Shown: piece after piece, positions 14,284 through 25,327 of the stretch
How the letters are laid out: each line of letters starts with the position of its first letter
How positions within the stretch are numbered: position 1 is the first letter of the stretch
Assembly (NCBI RefSeq): GCF_006345805.1
Contig: NC_042997.1
Span: 113,708,001 to 113,772,000 of the forward strand
Length of the DNA: 64,000 nucleotides
Reading direction: 5' to 3'
Origin: Octopus sinensis
Lineage: Eukaryota
Made by a program: the position numbers and the translations under genes
Notes under the pieces: model-generated
Told to the model about the DNA's origin: nothing
The model's database searches: none
What the model saw: the letters and a program-made list of their open reading frames with translations, nothing else

Positions 14284-14522
14284 ATACCTATTTCTTTACT
14301 ACCCACAAGGGGTTAAACACAGAGGGGACAATCAAGGACAGACACATGGATTAAGTCGATTACATCGACCCCCAGTGCGTAACTGGTACTTAATTTATCG
14401 ACCCCGAAAGGATGAAAGGCAAAGTCGACCTCGGCGGAATTTGAACTCAGAACGTAACGGTAGATGAAATACGGCTACGTATTTTGCCCGACTTGCTAAC
14501 GTTTCTGCCAGCTCGCCGCCTT
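14284..14522 (-). mobile_element. tRNA-headed SINE family D, young CpG-intact copy
   Basis: Minus strand GGCGGCGAGCTGGCAGAAACGTTAGC...GAGTTCAAATTCC...GACTTTGCCTTTCATCCTTTCGGGGTCGATAAATTAAGTACCAG. Older copies at ~1700-1850, 3290-3540, 12570-12730, 21480-21830, 25390-25560, 29680-29860, 30950-31120, 51830-53140 (several), 53660-53810 and 56575-56800. Confidence 0.8.
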
Positions 14523-14992
14523 TCAGTTCACCACACCTATGTACAGACACACACACGTGTATATGTTTGTGTATGGTGAACTTCTTTCGGTTTCTTTTTA
14601 ACCATATTCACTCACAAGACACTGGTCAGCTCAGAGCCATATTAAATAACACTCAAGGTGCCATGCTATGGAACGGAGCTCAAAACTACATGGTTTCAAA
14701 GCAAACTTCTTAACCACACGACCACACCTGTGCCTATAAACTACAAACAGTTTAAGAGAAGTTTAAGGTCATCAGTAATAATTATTATGTATGATAATTT
14801 CTCCCACAACATTCAAGAGCTTCTTAATACCAGTACCAATATGTTTAAAATGTGAGAAAGGTGCTCCATGTGGAAAAACAGTCATTATGAAACTGCTTAC
14901 ATAGACCATTGAAAAGCATTGCTATAAAAATGTTTAAGCAAAAATCTTGTTACAACCCCAACTGTTGTTAAAAAGTCTGTGCTTAACCTCTC

Positions 14993-15290
14993 AACATCAA
15001 GGTCCCATTGACATCAAAGTCCCGTTGACATCAAACTCCTTGTTGACTTGAAAGTTCCATCAACATATAAGTCCTGTCGACTTCAAGCACTCCCCCACCC
15101 CAAACATGAAAGCCTCTTCAACATCAAAGCCACCCTGAACATCAAGTTCTCATGGACACCAAGTCTCCATTAACATAAAAGTCACTGTGAATGTGAAGTC
15201 CATATTGTATGAGATCTGTCAACATCAAAATTCCATTGACATCAAGGCCCTGTCAATGTCAAAACTGTCAATATGGAGACCTTCATCCAC
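14993..15290. repeat. Degenerate 17-18 bp minisatellite (consensus approx. RACATCAARGTCCCRTT)
   Basis: Successive units aacatcaaggtcccatt, gacatcaaagtcccgtt, gacatcaaactccttgtt, gacttgaaagttccatc, aacatataagtcctgtc ... aacatcaaaattccatt, gacatcaaggccctgtc. Confidence 0.85.
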
Positions 15291-15545
15291 ATCTCTACAT
15301 CTCACAGCCATACCTACACCTGCATATTAAATATGCCTTTCCAAAATCACCAAGGGAAGATTTGAACCTGAGTTTTTGCTCTAAGCATCAATTAAGGTAT
15401 TAAAATGGTGTTGCTGTTTTTGTTTTGACTGTTTGCTTCAGTTGTTGATGGCAATATCTGCAAGTGACTGTTGATGAGTTAATGGAAGGAAGTTCCATTT
15501 CAGAGACAGAAAATTTTAAAATCATTGACAACACTTCTGTCATTG

Positions 15546-16067
15546 CTAGGGTGTTGCAGTCATTGGTCTGCCATAAATAAGATGTGATTTTGAAAGACTT
15601 CCAATTGAAATGAGCACATCTTGAATTTCATGTACAGAACAGCTTTCAAATTCACAGATTCCATTCTTATCTCTATCAAATTCGTCATCAGATTTGATAA
15701 GACCCATCTCTAAAACTACTCCTATATGTGTTGGCCATTGCTGTAACTCCACACCAACAAACTTTTTTTTTACTACTGGAATGAACATGACCCAGATTTG
15801 TTGAAAGAGAATCCACGCATGTGATGATATCTCTTGCAATCTCCACAGTTGACAAATTGAATTCTTCACATACACTCTTTGTGAAATAGTGCCTTCGTAA
15901 CCATGCACTAATTGCTTTTCATTATAGACTTGAATTCTCAAATTTCCACTTCTTTTGTACTGAGAAATGAATATTGAAGTATATTGTAACATGACAACAC
16001 TACAACCAGTACCACCCTGCATGGGGACAGTGCTAGTGAAATAAATCATAATGGACCTGTCTGTCAT
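15546..16067 (-). CDS. Orphan 173-aa ORF, function unknown (could be a pseudogene or chance ORF)
   Basis: ATG to TAG in non-repetitive sequence, with an in-frame TGA three codons upstream. Longest unique-sequence ORF outside the receptor. No family recognised. Confidence 0.35.
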   Translation of the reverse strand: MTDRSIMIYFTSTVPMQGGTGCSVVMLQYTSIFISQYKRSGNLRIQVYNEKQLVHGYEGTISQRVYVKNSICQLWRLQEISSHAWILFQQIWVMFIPVVKKKFVGVELQQWPTHIGVVLEMGLIKSDDEFDRDKNGICEFESCSVHEIQDVLISIGSLSKSHLIYGRPMTATP

Positions 16068-17149
16068 TGGATTTCAAGTGAACAACCCACTCACCCCTAC
16101 AAACTTTTTGAAACAAGATGTGAGGAGTGAAATTCAAGCCATGGTCAAAGTGTCACTCACACACACATACAAAATCACCACCACCATCACATAATGCTAT
16201 TTTAGTAATAGAGGCCAACAAAGAGGACTCTACAGGATTTCTAACGCAGGCAAAAGGCCACAAATTTGGGGACAGAACATAGTCAATTATCATCATCATT
16301 ATTCTTTTCATCCTTTCAAGAGAAGGGGGGTCAATAAAAATAAAATACCAGTTAACTACTGGGGTCAAATATGGGACCTGGCTCAGTACATGCAACAGAG
16401 TGGACTCCATTAACCAAATTTCATTCACATAGCTTTGGTCAGCCTGAGTCCCGAAATTTCAATCCTTCTCTCTGTCTGTTATCATCATTGTCATATACAT
16501 GTCCACTTTACCATGCCTGTATGGGTTGGATGGAATCCATTGAAACAGATTTTCTATGGCCAAATGCCTTCTTCACCTGTTTCTTAACAAGGTAATATTT
16601 CTCCATGGCTGAATGTTTTCATAGATGATTCAAAACGTGTGTGTGTGTGTACGTGTTACACACAATACACATATAGAAGACACTTGCCCAAGAGGGCTGC
16701 ACAGTGAGATTGAATTTGAAACCAGTACCACCAAACTGGCCCTCGTGCCGGTGGCACGTAAAAGCACCCACTACACTCTCAGAGTGGTTGGTGTTAGGAA
16801 GGGCATCCAGCTGTAGAAATTCTGCCAGATCAAGATTGGAGTCTGGTTCACCAGACCTCAGTCGAATCGTCCAACCCATGCTAGCATGGAAAGTGGACGT
16901 TAAATGATGATGATGTAGTTGTGGAAGCAAACTTCATAACCACACAGCCATGCCTGGCTGTTTGATTATCAAGTCTTCGTCAATGAGCTTTACTTGTTTT
17001 TCTTTTTTTTATTGCTCAGACAATAAATATGAGTCACATTCAGTGTCGTTATGAGTAACAGTCTGTGAAATCTAACGATATTAATAATGACGAGTGTTTT
17101 TGTTTTTTTTTTGTCCATTCTGTAATGTGGTTAACACTTGGCATGTTGC

Positions 17150-17788
17150 TTTATTTCACAGCCAACTGTGATCGTCTGCTTAGCTTTGGATGATCAGAAG
17201 AAAACTTTTCAGCGCCAGTTTTGTTATCGCCGTCCTCGTCGTTGCTGTTGTAGCCGTAGCTAATCGATATTTGTCTTAATTTTCTGCAATTCAGTTTATT
17301 TGATTCCATTTACATATCCGTTTATCACTATATCAAGAATATAAGTGTCTTCAATCAGTTTCTGAATTTGTTTTCTCTTTAGCACTTTCCAATTAAGCGA
17401 GAATATTTCAATAGCCGGCAACCTTTTAATTAGTTATTAATTTTTGTTACAAGCAATCTCTCCCCCATCTCTCTCTTTTTCACTTTCTCTTTCTTTCCGT
17501 CTTTTTCGCTCCCTCTGCCTCTTTTTGTCTCTCTCTTCCCCTTCTTTCAGTTATTTTCTTCCTCCAAAAATACTGTGTATAGGCCCTACACTAGTCACCT
17601 GTGTGTATATAATCATATAAACTAGTCACAATTGCAGGGGGGGGGGTAATCTTACATGCAATATGATACGAGCCATTTTCGTTCAAAAAAAAATCGGGAG
17701 ACTCGGCTCCCCCCCCCCCTCTCTTTTACTTATAAATCGAATATTACCGGATCCCTTTTCTTTCAGTTGCGCGTCTAGTTTACACTTA

Positions 17789-17843
<55 letters not shown>

Positions 17844-18340
17844 TCACTCATTTATGGTAGTAATTATGATTAAGTTAAATAATTACTGATACATATATAC
17901 TTTGTCACTACGATTGCTGCTTGCTTCGTCACGTCTTGCTTCTTTTATATTTAATTTTGCTCTGCTTAACAAACTCCCGTCTCCAAGCACCAGTATTAGA
18001 AATACCATCTCTGATATCATACAACTATACACTGCCAAACACTGCTAACATCAACACCACCGCTCATTCATCATCTTCGCCGCCATCACCACCAAAATCA
18101 GCCTGCTTCCATCGCCGCCACCTCACCAAACACTCATTTAGGTAATAATACGTAGGCACCGCTCATACAACCAAGTGTCATACACGTGTTATTGTTTGTT
18201 GTTGCTAAATAATAATAATATGGCTATGGAAACGTTTGCTGGCACCGCCTGTCTTCATACCCTCCTCCCTTGTTCTAGATAAATAGTTCTGATCGAAAAC
18301 AATTTCCAATAAGCCAGTTATTTACTATATCATTCGCGGT
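17150..18340. promoter_or_regulatory. CpG-retaining, promoter-like region (candidate promoter of the HR39-like gene, possibly bidirectional)
   Basis: Unique sequence with visibly more CpG than its flanks. Contains a long pyrimidine tract (~17460-17560), G10 (17637-17646), C11 (17709-17719), (CT)n(CA)n (~17790-17845), ACTAGTCAC twice, and no SINE insertions. No TSS data. Confidence 0.45.
17850..18141 (+). other. Putative non-coding first exon of the HR39-like gene
   Basis: Follows the (CT)n(CA)n tract and ends at a donor-like TAG|GTAATA (18141/18142). Coding exon 1 begins at an acceptor 2 nt before its ATG, so an upstream exon is likely. The link across ~20 kb is inference and the start coordinate is a guess. 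Confidence 0.35.
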
Positions 18341-20230
18341 GAGTACAATGACAAAATCCCTTATTTGATCAGCGCTTCTCAACTAATATTCCCAATAACA
18401 TGTATGCATTCATAGAGGAAAAGTGTATGTATAAACATGTATACGTTTGTATGTGAGCAATGACTGTTTCTATCTGTGTGTGTATGTTAAAGGAAGAGTG
18501 ATACATGTGTTCGCGCGAAATGTTTGCGGGTGCATGTGTCATTATACAATATATGTCAGTGATGTAGGTAGGTGTATGGATGTGCGCAATGTATTGCCTG
18601 TATGTAAATGACTAATGAAAGTGTGTGTGTACGTGGATGTGTAATGCGTGTGTGCAATAATTGATATATATATATATATATATATATATATGACTAATGA
18701 CGGTAATGAATGTGTAATATAGATGTATGTAATGGTTACATATATATTTATATATTATATGAGCGTGTGTGTAATGTAGAAGGGTTATAAGTGTCTATAT
18801 GTTGAGGTTATATATTAGTATATTATATTTGACTATATTGATATTTAATGTTACCAGGTGTGTAGAAAGATTACGCACACGTACACACACATATGTATGT
18901 ATATAGATTTTTTTTTGTCCTTGATGACTGCTGTTTTCTTTTCTGGATGATATTGACCTTCACCATCATCATTACCCAACTCTACAATCACGGTTCTTTA
19001 TAAATTAGATCAACAACATTCACCCACTTGTAAGTTCTCTGTCCAATCTAATATTGCGGTCAATGAACTTGTTTCCTTCCGTTGTTCTAATTTTCCCCCA
19101 ATAACCTTTGCTGTTGTTTAACCCAGGGCCGTCCAACATTCAATAGATATACATGATCAGAGATATTCTAGTAAAATTAAGACTCCTAAATATAAATATT
19201 TTAGACTCCCAAATGTAGGACATATCTAATATGTCCTTCCAGTATTTAAGACAGTAGGGAGTGATTCGAGGAAGACCTGGGGCAGGGTGCTCCCATAAGG
19301 GAAAAGAAAGAGGGTTTTTCCTTTTTATGCTCGTTTTTTTTTTGTTTTGTTTTTTAGTAATCGTGTTTCATTCAACAGAAATTACAGTTACACCCCTGCC
19401 TTTTTTCCATAACCTTTTCGTTTCTTACGAGATACCGGGTGCCTAATCCGAAACTCCACCAAATTTAGCTGGTATTTCTAGCAGACCATATCACCAGATA
19501 GGGGTTCACCTCGTTGTTTCGTGTCTGATGTTTAGCTGACTAAAGCATTCTAGTCGTGACTAATCCACCTTTTTGGGGGAGGGGGTCAGGCCTATTATAT
19601 ATATATCGGACTACAATGTATCCTTCCTTCACTTCACCTTTAATATTTTAATGGAGATTTAGTTGCTATTTCTAGCAAGCCGGTTCTAGCCAACCACGTT
19701 GTTTTGTTTTTCTCTGCAAATCATGAGCATTCACAGCCATGCCGCAGCTGCGGCCGAAGCAGCAGTAGTAGTAGTGGGGGAGGGGGAGGACTACTACATC
19801 TGCTGCTGCTTTATTTATTTACAATTTTTCCCGCTTTATATTCGCAAATTTTATGAAAACATGAATACTCTCTGCTGGAAATATGCCATATACCCATCCG
19901 GTCATCGACTTTGGTGTGCGTGCGTGTGTATAAATATCGCTTGTACCCCACCCAACTCGCACACCTATGCCCATCGCTTTCTACAGAACACCCCGACTCT
20001 CCCTCTCATCTTAATTCATCCCCATAGAATTGCATTCCCACATGGTCCCTAAACTTTTTTCTTTCCTCTTCCGTTTTGTTTTCTTATGAAGAATGCTAAT
20101 GTCCAAAGCGTAAAGATCCTTTCCCTTTTTCTTTTCAAGTGGGAGGCTTATAATTGTCTATGTTTTTTTTTTCTTCTTTGCCTTCTTTTTTGCTCATTCA
20201 TCACATACATACATGCATGCATGCACACAT

Positions 20231-21188
20231 TGTTGTCTTAAGGCATAGGCACACTGGGTAGTTGCTCAGGGACCTCACAGGTCTAGGCAGCGCTGGATTA
20301 ACCGTTAAGCAAAATAAGCACATGCTTAGGGCATCAAGGGAAGGAAATGGGAAATGGTTTACAGCACAAAAGAATCACTTTAAACTTGATAAAATAATAT
20401 TAGGGAAGCCTGATCAGAGACTTCGCAATTCAAAAAAGTAGGAGCGAACTTTTCAAATTAAATAAATGGATCTTTTCCAAAAGATGGACAGAATTTTCTA
20501 CTTAACTAAATAATTTGAAACTTCGTATACTGGTAGAATGTGTCAAAAGAGAACACACAACAAACACACACACATACACAACAAAAACACACACACACAC
20601 AGGTAATCGTTCCGTAAGTCAGGGATGACATTGAAATAAACATGCGAGAAGCCTTTGAAGACAGAAAACAGAAGACAGTGATAAGGATGAATAACACGGC
20701 AGTTAATGAATTGAGTTCAAAACAGAGAATACGATTGGTTAAAATTCGAAGAATTAAACTACGTAAAAGTTACAAAATACATTTTTCTCAAAAAAAACTA
20801 ATTGAAATTAATGTTTTCTTTTGACACATTCTACCAGTATACGAAGTTTCAAATTATTTAGTTAAGTAGAAAATTCTGTCCATCTTTTAGAAAAGATCCG
20901 AAATATACAAAGATAAACATTATTTTCCTTCTTATTGTTTTGTTTCATTTTGAAAAATAATTTATTTTATGGTTTGTTATTGTTTATATTTCGAATTACA
21001 TAATCTTTTATGGGGACACCAAAATCTTTTAAGTACTTAGGACCTCAATGGGTCTTAATCCGGCCCTGAGTCTAGGGGCCCAATTCTGATCTACATATGT
21101 ATGCTGTAGCTTGCTGTCAATAAATAAATTGTACAGGGCTCCGTGCCTTGAATTTCCCAGGGCCCTATGATGCTACTAAGACAGCCCT
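20231..21188. mobile_element. Older MITE interrupted by the hAT element
   Basis: Ends ttgtcttaaggcatagg and cctatgatgctactaagacag are imperfect inverted repeats. The interior is continuous once 20288-21076 is removed. Confidence 0.5.
20288..21068. mobile_element. hAT-type MITE with 8-bp TSD and internal 83-bp inverted repeat
   Basis: TIRs CAGCGCTGGATTAA and (rc) CAGGGCCGGATTAA. Flanks ggtctagg (20280-20287) and agtctagg (21069-21076). Arms 20468-20550 and 20817-20899 differ at one position. Confidence 0.82.
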
Positions 21189-21937
21189 ATATGTGTGTGT
21201 ATAAAATATACACACACACACTCACATATATGAAGGAGAGTAATTAAACACCCCAGCTAGGGAGCCTTCACATAATTGTTGACCTATTGGAAATAGCAGC
21301 CAAGTTTCCATCAAACCACACCCTACTGTCTTTAAAAAGTGGAAGGATACTGAATGATGTGGTCCTAAATATATTGATTAAAAAAATAAGACATGATAGC
21401 CATAGCTACTCTTATAAAGATGAACTGATTACAATTGGAATACCCATGACCAGAGGTCTACCCTATCAGGGATTACCGGTGGTTAAACAACAACAATCAT
21501 TAGTAAGGACTTGGATGGTAAAAATCACTGGAGTTGCTTCTCTTTACATTCTGTGTTCAAATCCTGCTGGGCTCAACTTTACTGTTCGTCCTTCTGGGGT
21601 TCATAAAGTACCAGTCAAACATTGCAACTGATAAAAAGAACTACACCTGTCCTTAAGATATGTGGCCTTGTGTTTAAAAGAAGGGTTGTGGGTTGGCAGA
21701 ATCAGTAGAGCATCAGACAAAATTAGGTATTTTTTTTTTTTCTGGCTCTTTATGATCATAGTTTGAACTATACTGAGTTCACCTTTGCCTTTTATCCTTC
21801 TGAGGTTGATAAAATAAAATACCAGTCTAGGGATGATTTTGTTGGTTATTATTCATCAATCCACCCACTTTTTCCACCTCTTATTCCTGGAAGAGTAATG
21901 GGGGTAGAGTCCTCAAGCACCTCTTCTAGAGGGTTTT

Positions 21938-22310
21938 AATAAAAATAATAATAATGAAATTATTGTATACAGTGCTCGGGTGCACCACAACTTGTCAAAA
22001 GTGCGTATAAAGTATATGCAGTAATGTACAAATGTCTGGAAAGCGAACAGTGTATGAGTCAGATACACGCTTGCGTGTGTATGGAGGAGAGAAAATCAGG
22101 TATAGTGTTGGCGAATCTCAGGAAGCATGGAAGTTTTGAAGGATGCAGTGCTCCAACAACTAACAACTGATGCCGGCAGTTTGTTCCATGCTTCAGCAAC
22201 TCTTAGAGTGAAAAAAATGTTTCCGAAAGTCATGGGAGCTGTGCTGTTTTCTGACTTTGTAAACATGTCCACGGGTGTTAGACAGGTGGAGTTTGAAAAG
22301 GTTCTCATAG
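21938..22310 (-). mobile_element. CR1/Jockey-group LINE 3' fragment with (ATT)n tail
   Basis: ORF track gives NIFFTLRVAEAWNKLPASVVSCWSTASFK, matching the FFxxRVxxxWNxLP motif at LINE ORF2 ends. (ATT)n-like tail at 21938-21960. Confidence 0.8.
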
Positions 22311-22324
22311 TTATTGTTTTATCG

Positions 22325-22770
22325 TAAGCAACTCTCATTTCATTTTCTGACTGGATTCCTAAGCTTGTCCAACTGAGACTATGGATAGTATCCAACCCTC
22401 TTGTTCTTGGTCTGCCCCTAGGTCTCCTACAGGTTGACCTGGTTTGAAGAATGTATCTTGCAGTTCTTTCCTGTGACGTTCTAATCACATGTCCATAGTA
22501 CCAGAGCTGTAGCTTCTCAATGTGGAGAAGTAGCTGCTCAACCTGGAGAGATTCTCCAATCTTTGAACTACAAACCCTGTCAAAATCCTTTTGTATTCAT
22601 AATCATACCCTGTTGGTCATTAACCAACATTCAAGACCAAAGGTGAGGATAGGAATAGAAACCAAACTGAAGGTAACATGTTTGGCCATATACATAACCC
22701 AAATTTGTTATCTGCTGTCATTAGAGCATTGGACAAAAACAAATGCTCTACGGCAGTACTTCTCAAACTA
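22325..22770 (-). mobile_element. Decayed RTE-like LINE ORF2 C-terminal fragment abutting the CR1 fragment
   Basis: Contains RRPRGRPRTRGLD in the ORF track and an upstream IPILTFGLEC-like motif in another frame, with stops and frameshifts. Confidence 0.65.
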
Positions 22771-22853
22771 TCTGATGTGGCATACCAACAGGGTTTTTTT
22801 TTTGTTTTCCAATGTACCAGGGACCGGTAATATTTCTTAGTAATATTAATTCA

Positions 22854-23248
22854 CTAGCAGTATCGCCCGGCGTTGCTCGGGTTGTAAGGGAAATAACTAT
22901 ATAAGCATTTTTAGAGAGTTATAGCCAAAAAATAGCAAAAGAATGCATTAAAAATTGAAAAAAAATTAAGGTAAATTTTTTTTTAAATCGTTGACACATC
23001 GTAGATATTTTTAGAGAGTTACTTCCCTTATATAAAAGCGAAAAAAATGCATTAAAATGGAAAAATATGATGGTAAATTTTTTTTAAATCGTAGACTCAT
23101 CGTAGACGCACGCTAATACCCAGAAGGGCTCGATATGAATCACGACTATAAGATACCCGCTTTTGGTTAAACTGCACCGCAAAATGTGGGAGTAGTTAGG
23201 AATCTAAATCGTAGGAGACAGACACACAACTTCACTCTTATATAAAGA
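22854..23248 (-). mobile_element. Non-autonomous Helitron, 395 bp
   Basis: Minus strand starts A|TC (23249|23248) and ends CTAG|T (22857-22854|22853). GC hairpin CCCGG-cgttgc-TCGGG at 22866-22881. Internal ~100 bp diverged tandem duplication. Confidence 0.85.
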
Positions 23249-23265
23249 TGCTTTTTTTTTTTCAG

Positions 23266-23575
23266 TCATAGAGTTAGATTTATGAAGGTCTTCAGTAGAA
23301 AATCCTTCGAATTCTGACTCGCTGCTTGATATAATGAAATTCGTATCCATTTTTTGTCAGAATTACAAATTTTGAAAACACAATAGGAACAAATTTCGGA
23401 AAAAAATCTCCCATAATTCACGGAATTAAAATTACACTTCGATTTTTGTACAAAACTGTAGTTGAAGTGTTTACGAAGTATAATACGTGTTTTCACGAAT
23501 ATACTAAAGAGATTTGCTCTGATATTCTCATTTAAATATGAATAGGTAAATTCGGGCGGCTTGGTAACGAAAGGG
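23266..23575. mobile_element. Single end of a piggyBac-like element with a different interior
   Basis: Ends GGTAACGAAAGGG|TTAA, the same terminus as the MITE family; CpG-rich interior; the other end was not found. Confidence 0.5.
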
Positions 23576-23681
23576 TTAAACGGATGCATACATTTATTAA
23601 TCTCTTATTATAATAACTATATATAAGTGTCATCTGTTTATACATAAACACTGTTTCATACTGCAATTATATATACATATA

Positions 23682-24460
23682 TCTATATATAATATTATAT
23701 AATAAAATATATACAGAGTAAAATAAAAACCAATTTACCTTTTCTGTCCGTCCGTGTGTCTTTGCAAATGTGTTGGAATGATAAGTGAGTTGGGTTTTGG
23801 CGCCTTTTTTACTAATAACAAACACACACGTGTTTGTATGTAGTTGTATGTGTATGTAGTTGTATATGTATGTGTATGCGTGTGTGTGAGGAATGACACA
23901 CACACACACTCACGCACGCACACATGTACATCAATGCTTTCGGAGTGATATGTTAAAATATTGAGTTTTCTCGAATTTTGTCTTAATTGGGGGTGAAATT
24001 GAAAGAAATATATTATGGCATGAGCGAATGGAGTACTTTGAAAAATCTTAGGTAAATTCTAATTGAAGAAATTGTGTGAGGAGTAAATGGTTATGTATTT
24101 ATTTGTTTCTGTTTGCTGTGTTTTTTTATTTTTTGAGTAGTGGTTTAAATACTTTCAGTTTAGTCTTGCTCAAATCACTCTGTCGCTATTTACTTTCATT
24201 TTATTCGTTGCACACTATGTGTGTGCGTTTGCGTGTGGTGTAAACCAGACTAAGAAAAGCATTTGACACACACACCAGAATGTGAGTTTTCTGTAAATTT
24301 TGCTTAATTGGAGTTTAAATTTTAAAAACTGGACCTGGCATGACGCGATGCATTCTACTCTTAAAAATGCTAGGTAAATTGTAATTGAAGAAATCCTATA
24401 TTGTAGATTTCTATAACTCCCAAAGGGAGGCAGATAAAATCTGCCTTTTATAATAAGAGA
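23682..24460. mobile_element. Young DNA element with Helitron-like ATCT..TAT.ATAA sequence at both ends (class uncertain)
   Basis: + strand ATCTATATATAATA at 23681 and minus strand ATCTCTTATTATAA from 24461. Hairpin AGGCAGAT-aaa-ATCTGCCT at 24428-24446. Diverged ~100 bp internal duplication (~23980-24075 vs ~24298-24396). Confidence 0.45.
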
Positions 24461-24519
24461 TATCAGAAATAATATATATAATGAATATAATAGAAATTGA
24501 CAATTCTTTTTATGTTATA

Positions 24520-25327
24520 CTAGCAGCATAGCCCAGTGTTGCCCGGGTATGTAAGAGCCCCTAGTAGGCAACGACTAATCCCAATCTAGTCCTTTCCCTC
24601 TAGGGAACGAAGGCGCATGTGTAGGTTGCAATGTCTTCACTTCACTCCCAAATAACTATCAAACAGCTATCGATAATTCAACCCAACCAATTCCTACCGG
24701 GAAGAAATTACATTCGAAACTTTACCCCCAACACCGCCACTTCTGCTAATAGCTGCTGCAGCCGCAAGTTATTCGAATACATTTTTTGTTTACACTTTCT
24801 TTATAACTACCACCCCAAACGTTTTACCTTAAATTTTTGACGTACCCTAAGGGTCCTCGGACGCTACTTGCAAACTCTTGGTTTATTATAAACTACTTTT
24901 GTCGTGTGCACCAAAAAAGCCTTTTCCATACGTTTGTTCAGTTTGGTCACTTTTGACTTTTTCGTTGTTGTCACTCACATTGCTGCCCGCTTTTTTGCCG
25001 TTTTTGTACATTTTTATACATTTTGGGATACTTACCCCACGTGTTCCGAGAGTTAAAAAGGTCGAGTTGCGTCCCCTAGACAGTCTGTAGCAAATGTGTT
25101 GCATATAAAAGGCTTAGATACTCGACCCATGTCGAATTTATCGATTTTTTTCAGAACTGGGTGGACTTTTCAATATTTTCGCTACGTTAGTTTTGAATTA
25201 TGACATTGGGCTATGTGTGTGTCAAGTTTCATCAGAATCGGTTGAAAGCCGTGGTCATGGTGAGGGTACAACCTGACAGACACACAGACACACAGACAGA
25301 CAAACTGCCGTTTATATATAGAGAAGA
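24520..25327 (-). mobile_element. Non-autonomous Helitron, 808 bp
   Basis: Minus strand starts A|TC (25328|25327) followed by TATATA and (GTCT)n-like sequence, and ends CTAG|T (24523-24520|24519). Subterminal hairpin CCCAG-tgttgc-CCGGG resembles the 22854 element. CpG-rich interior. Confidence 0.82.

Noticed and set aside
15546-16067. Faint resemblance of the orphan ORF to a SMAD MH2/IRF association domain (LxxxSIFI, NLRI)
   Set aside because: Only scattered short matches with implausible gaps; not supportable without a profile search.
19699-20052. 117-aa ORF with AAAAAEAAVVVV
   Set aside because: Built from short GCA/GTA and G-run repeats in a CpG-rich region; no domain or splice support.
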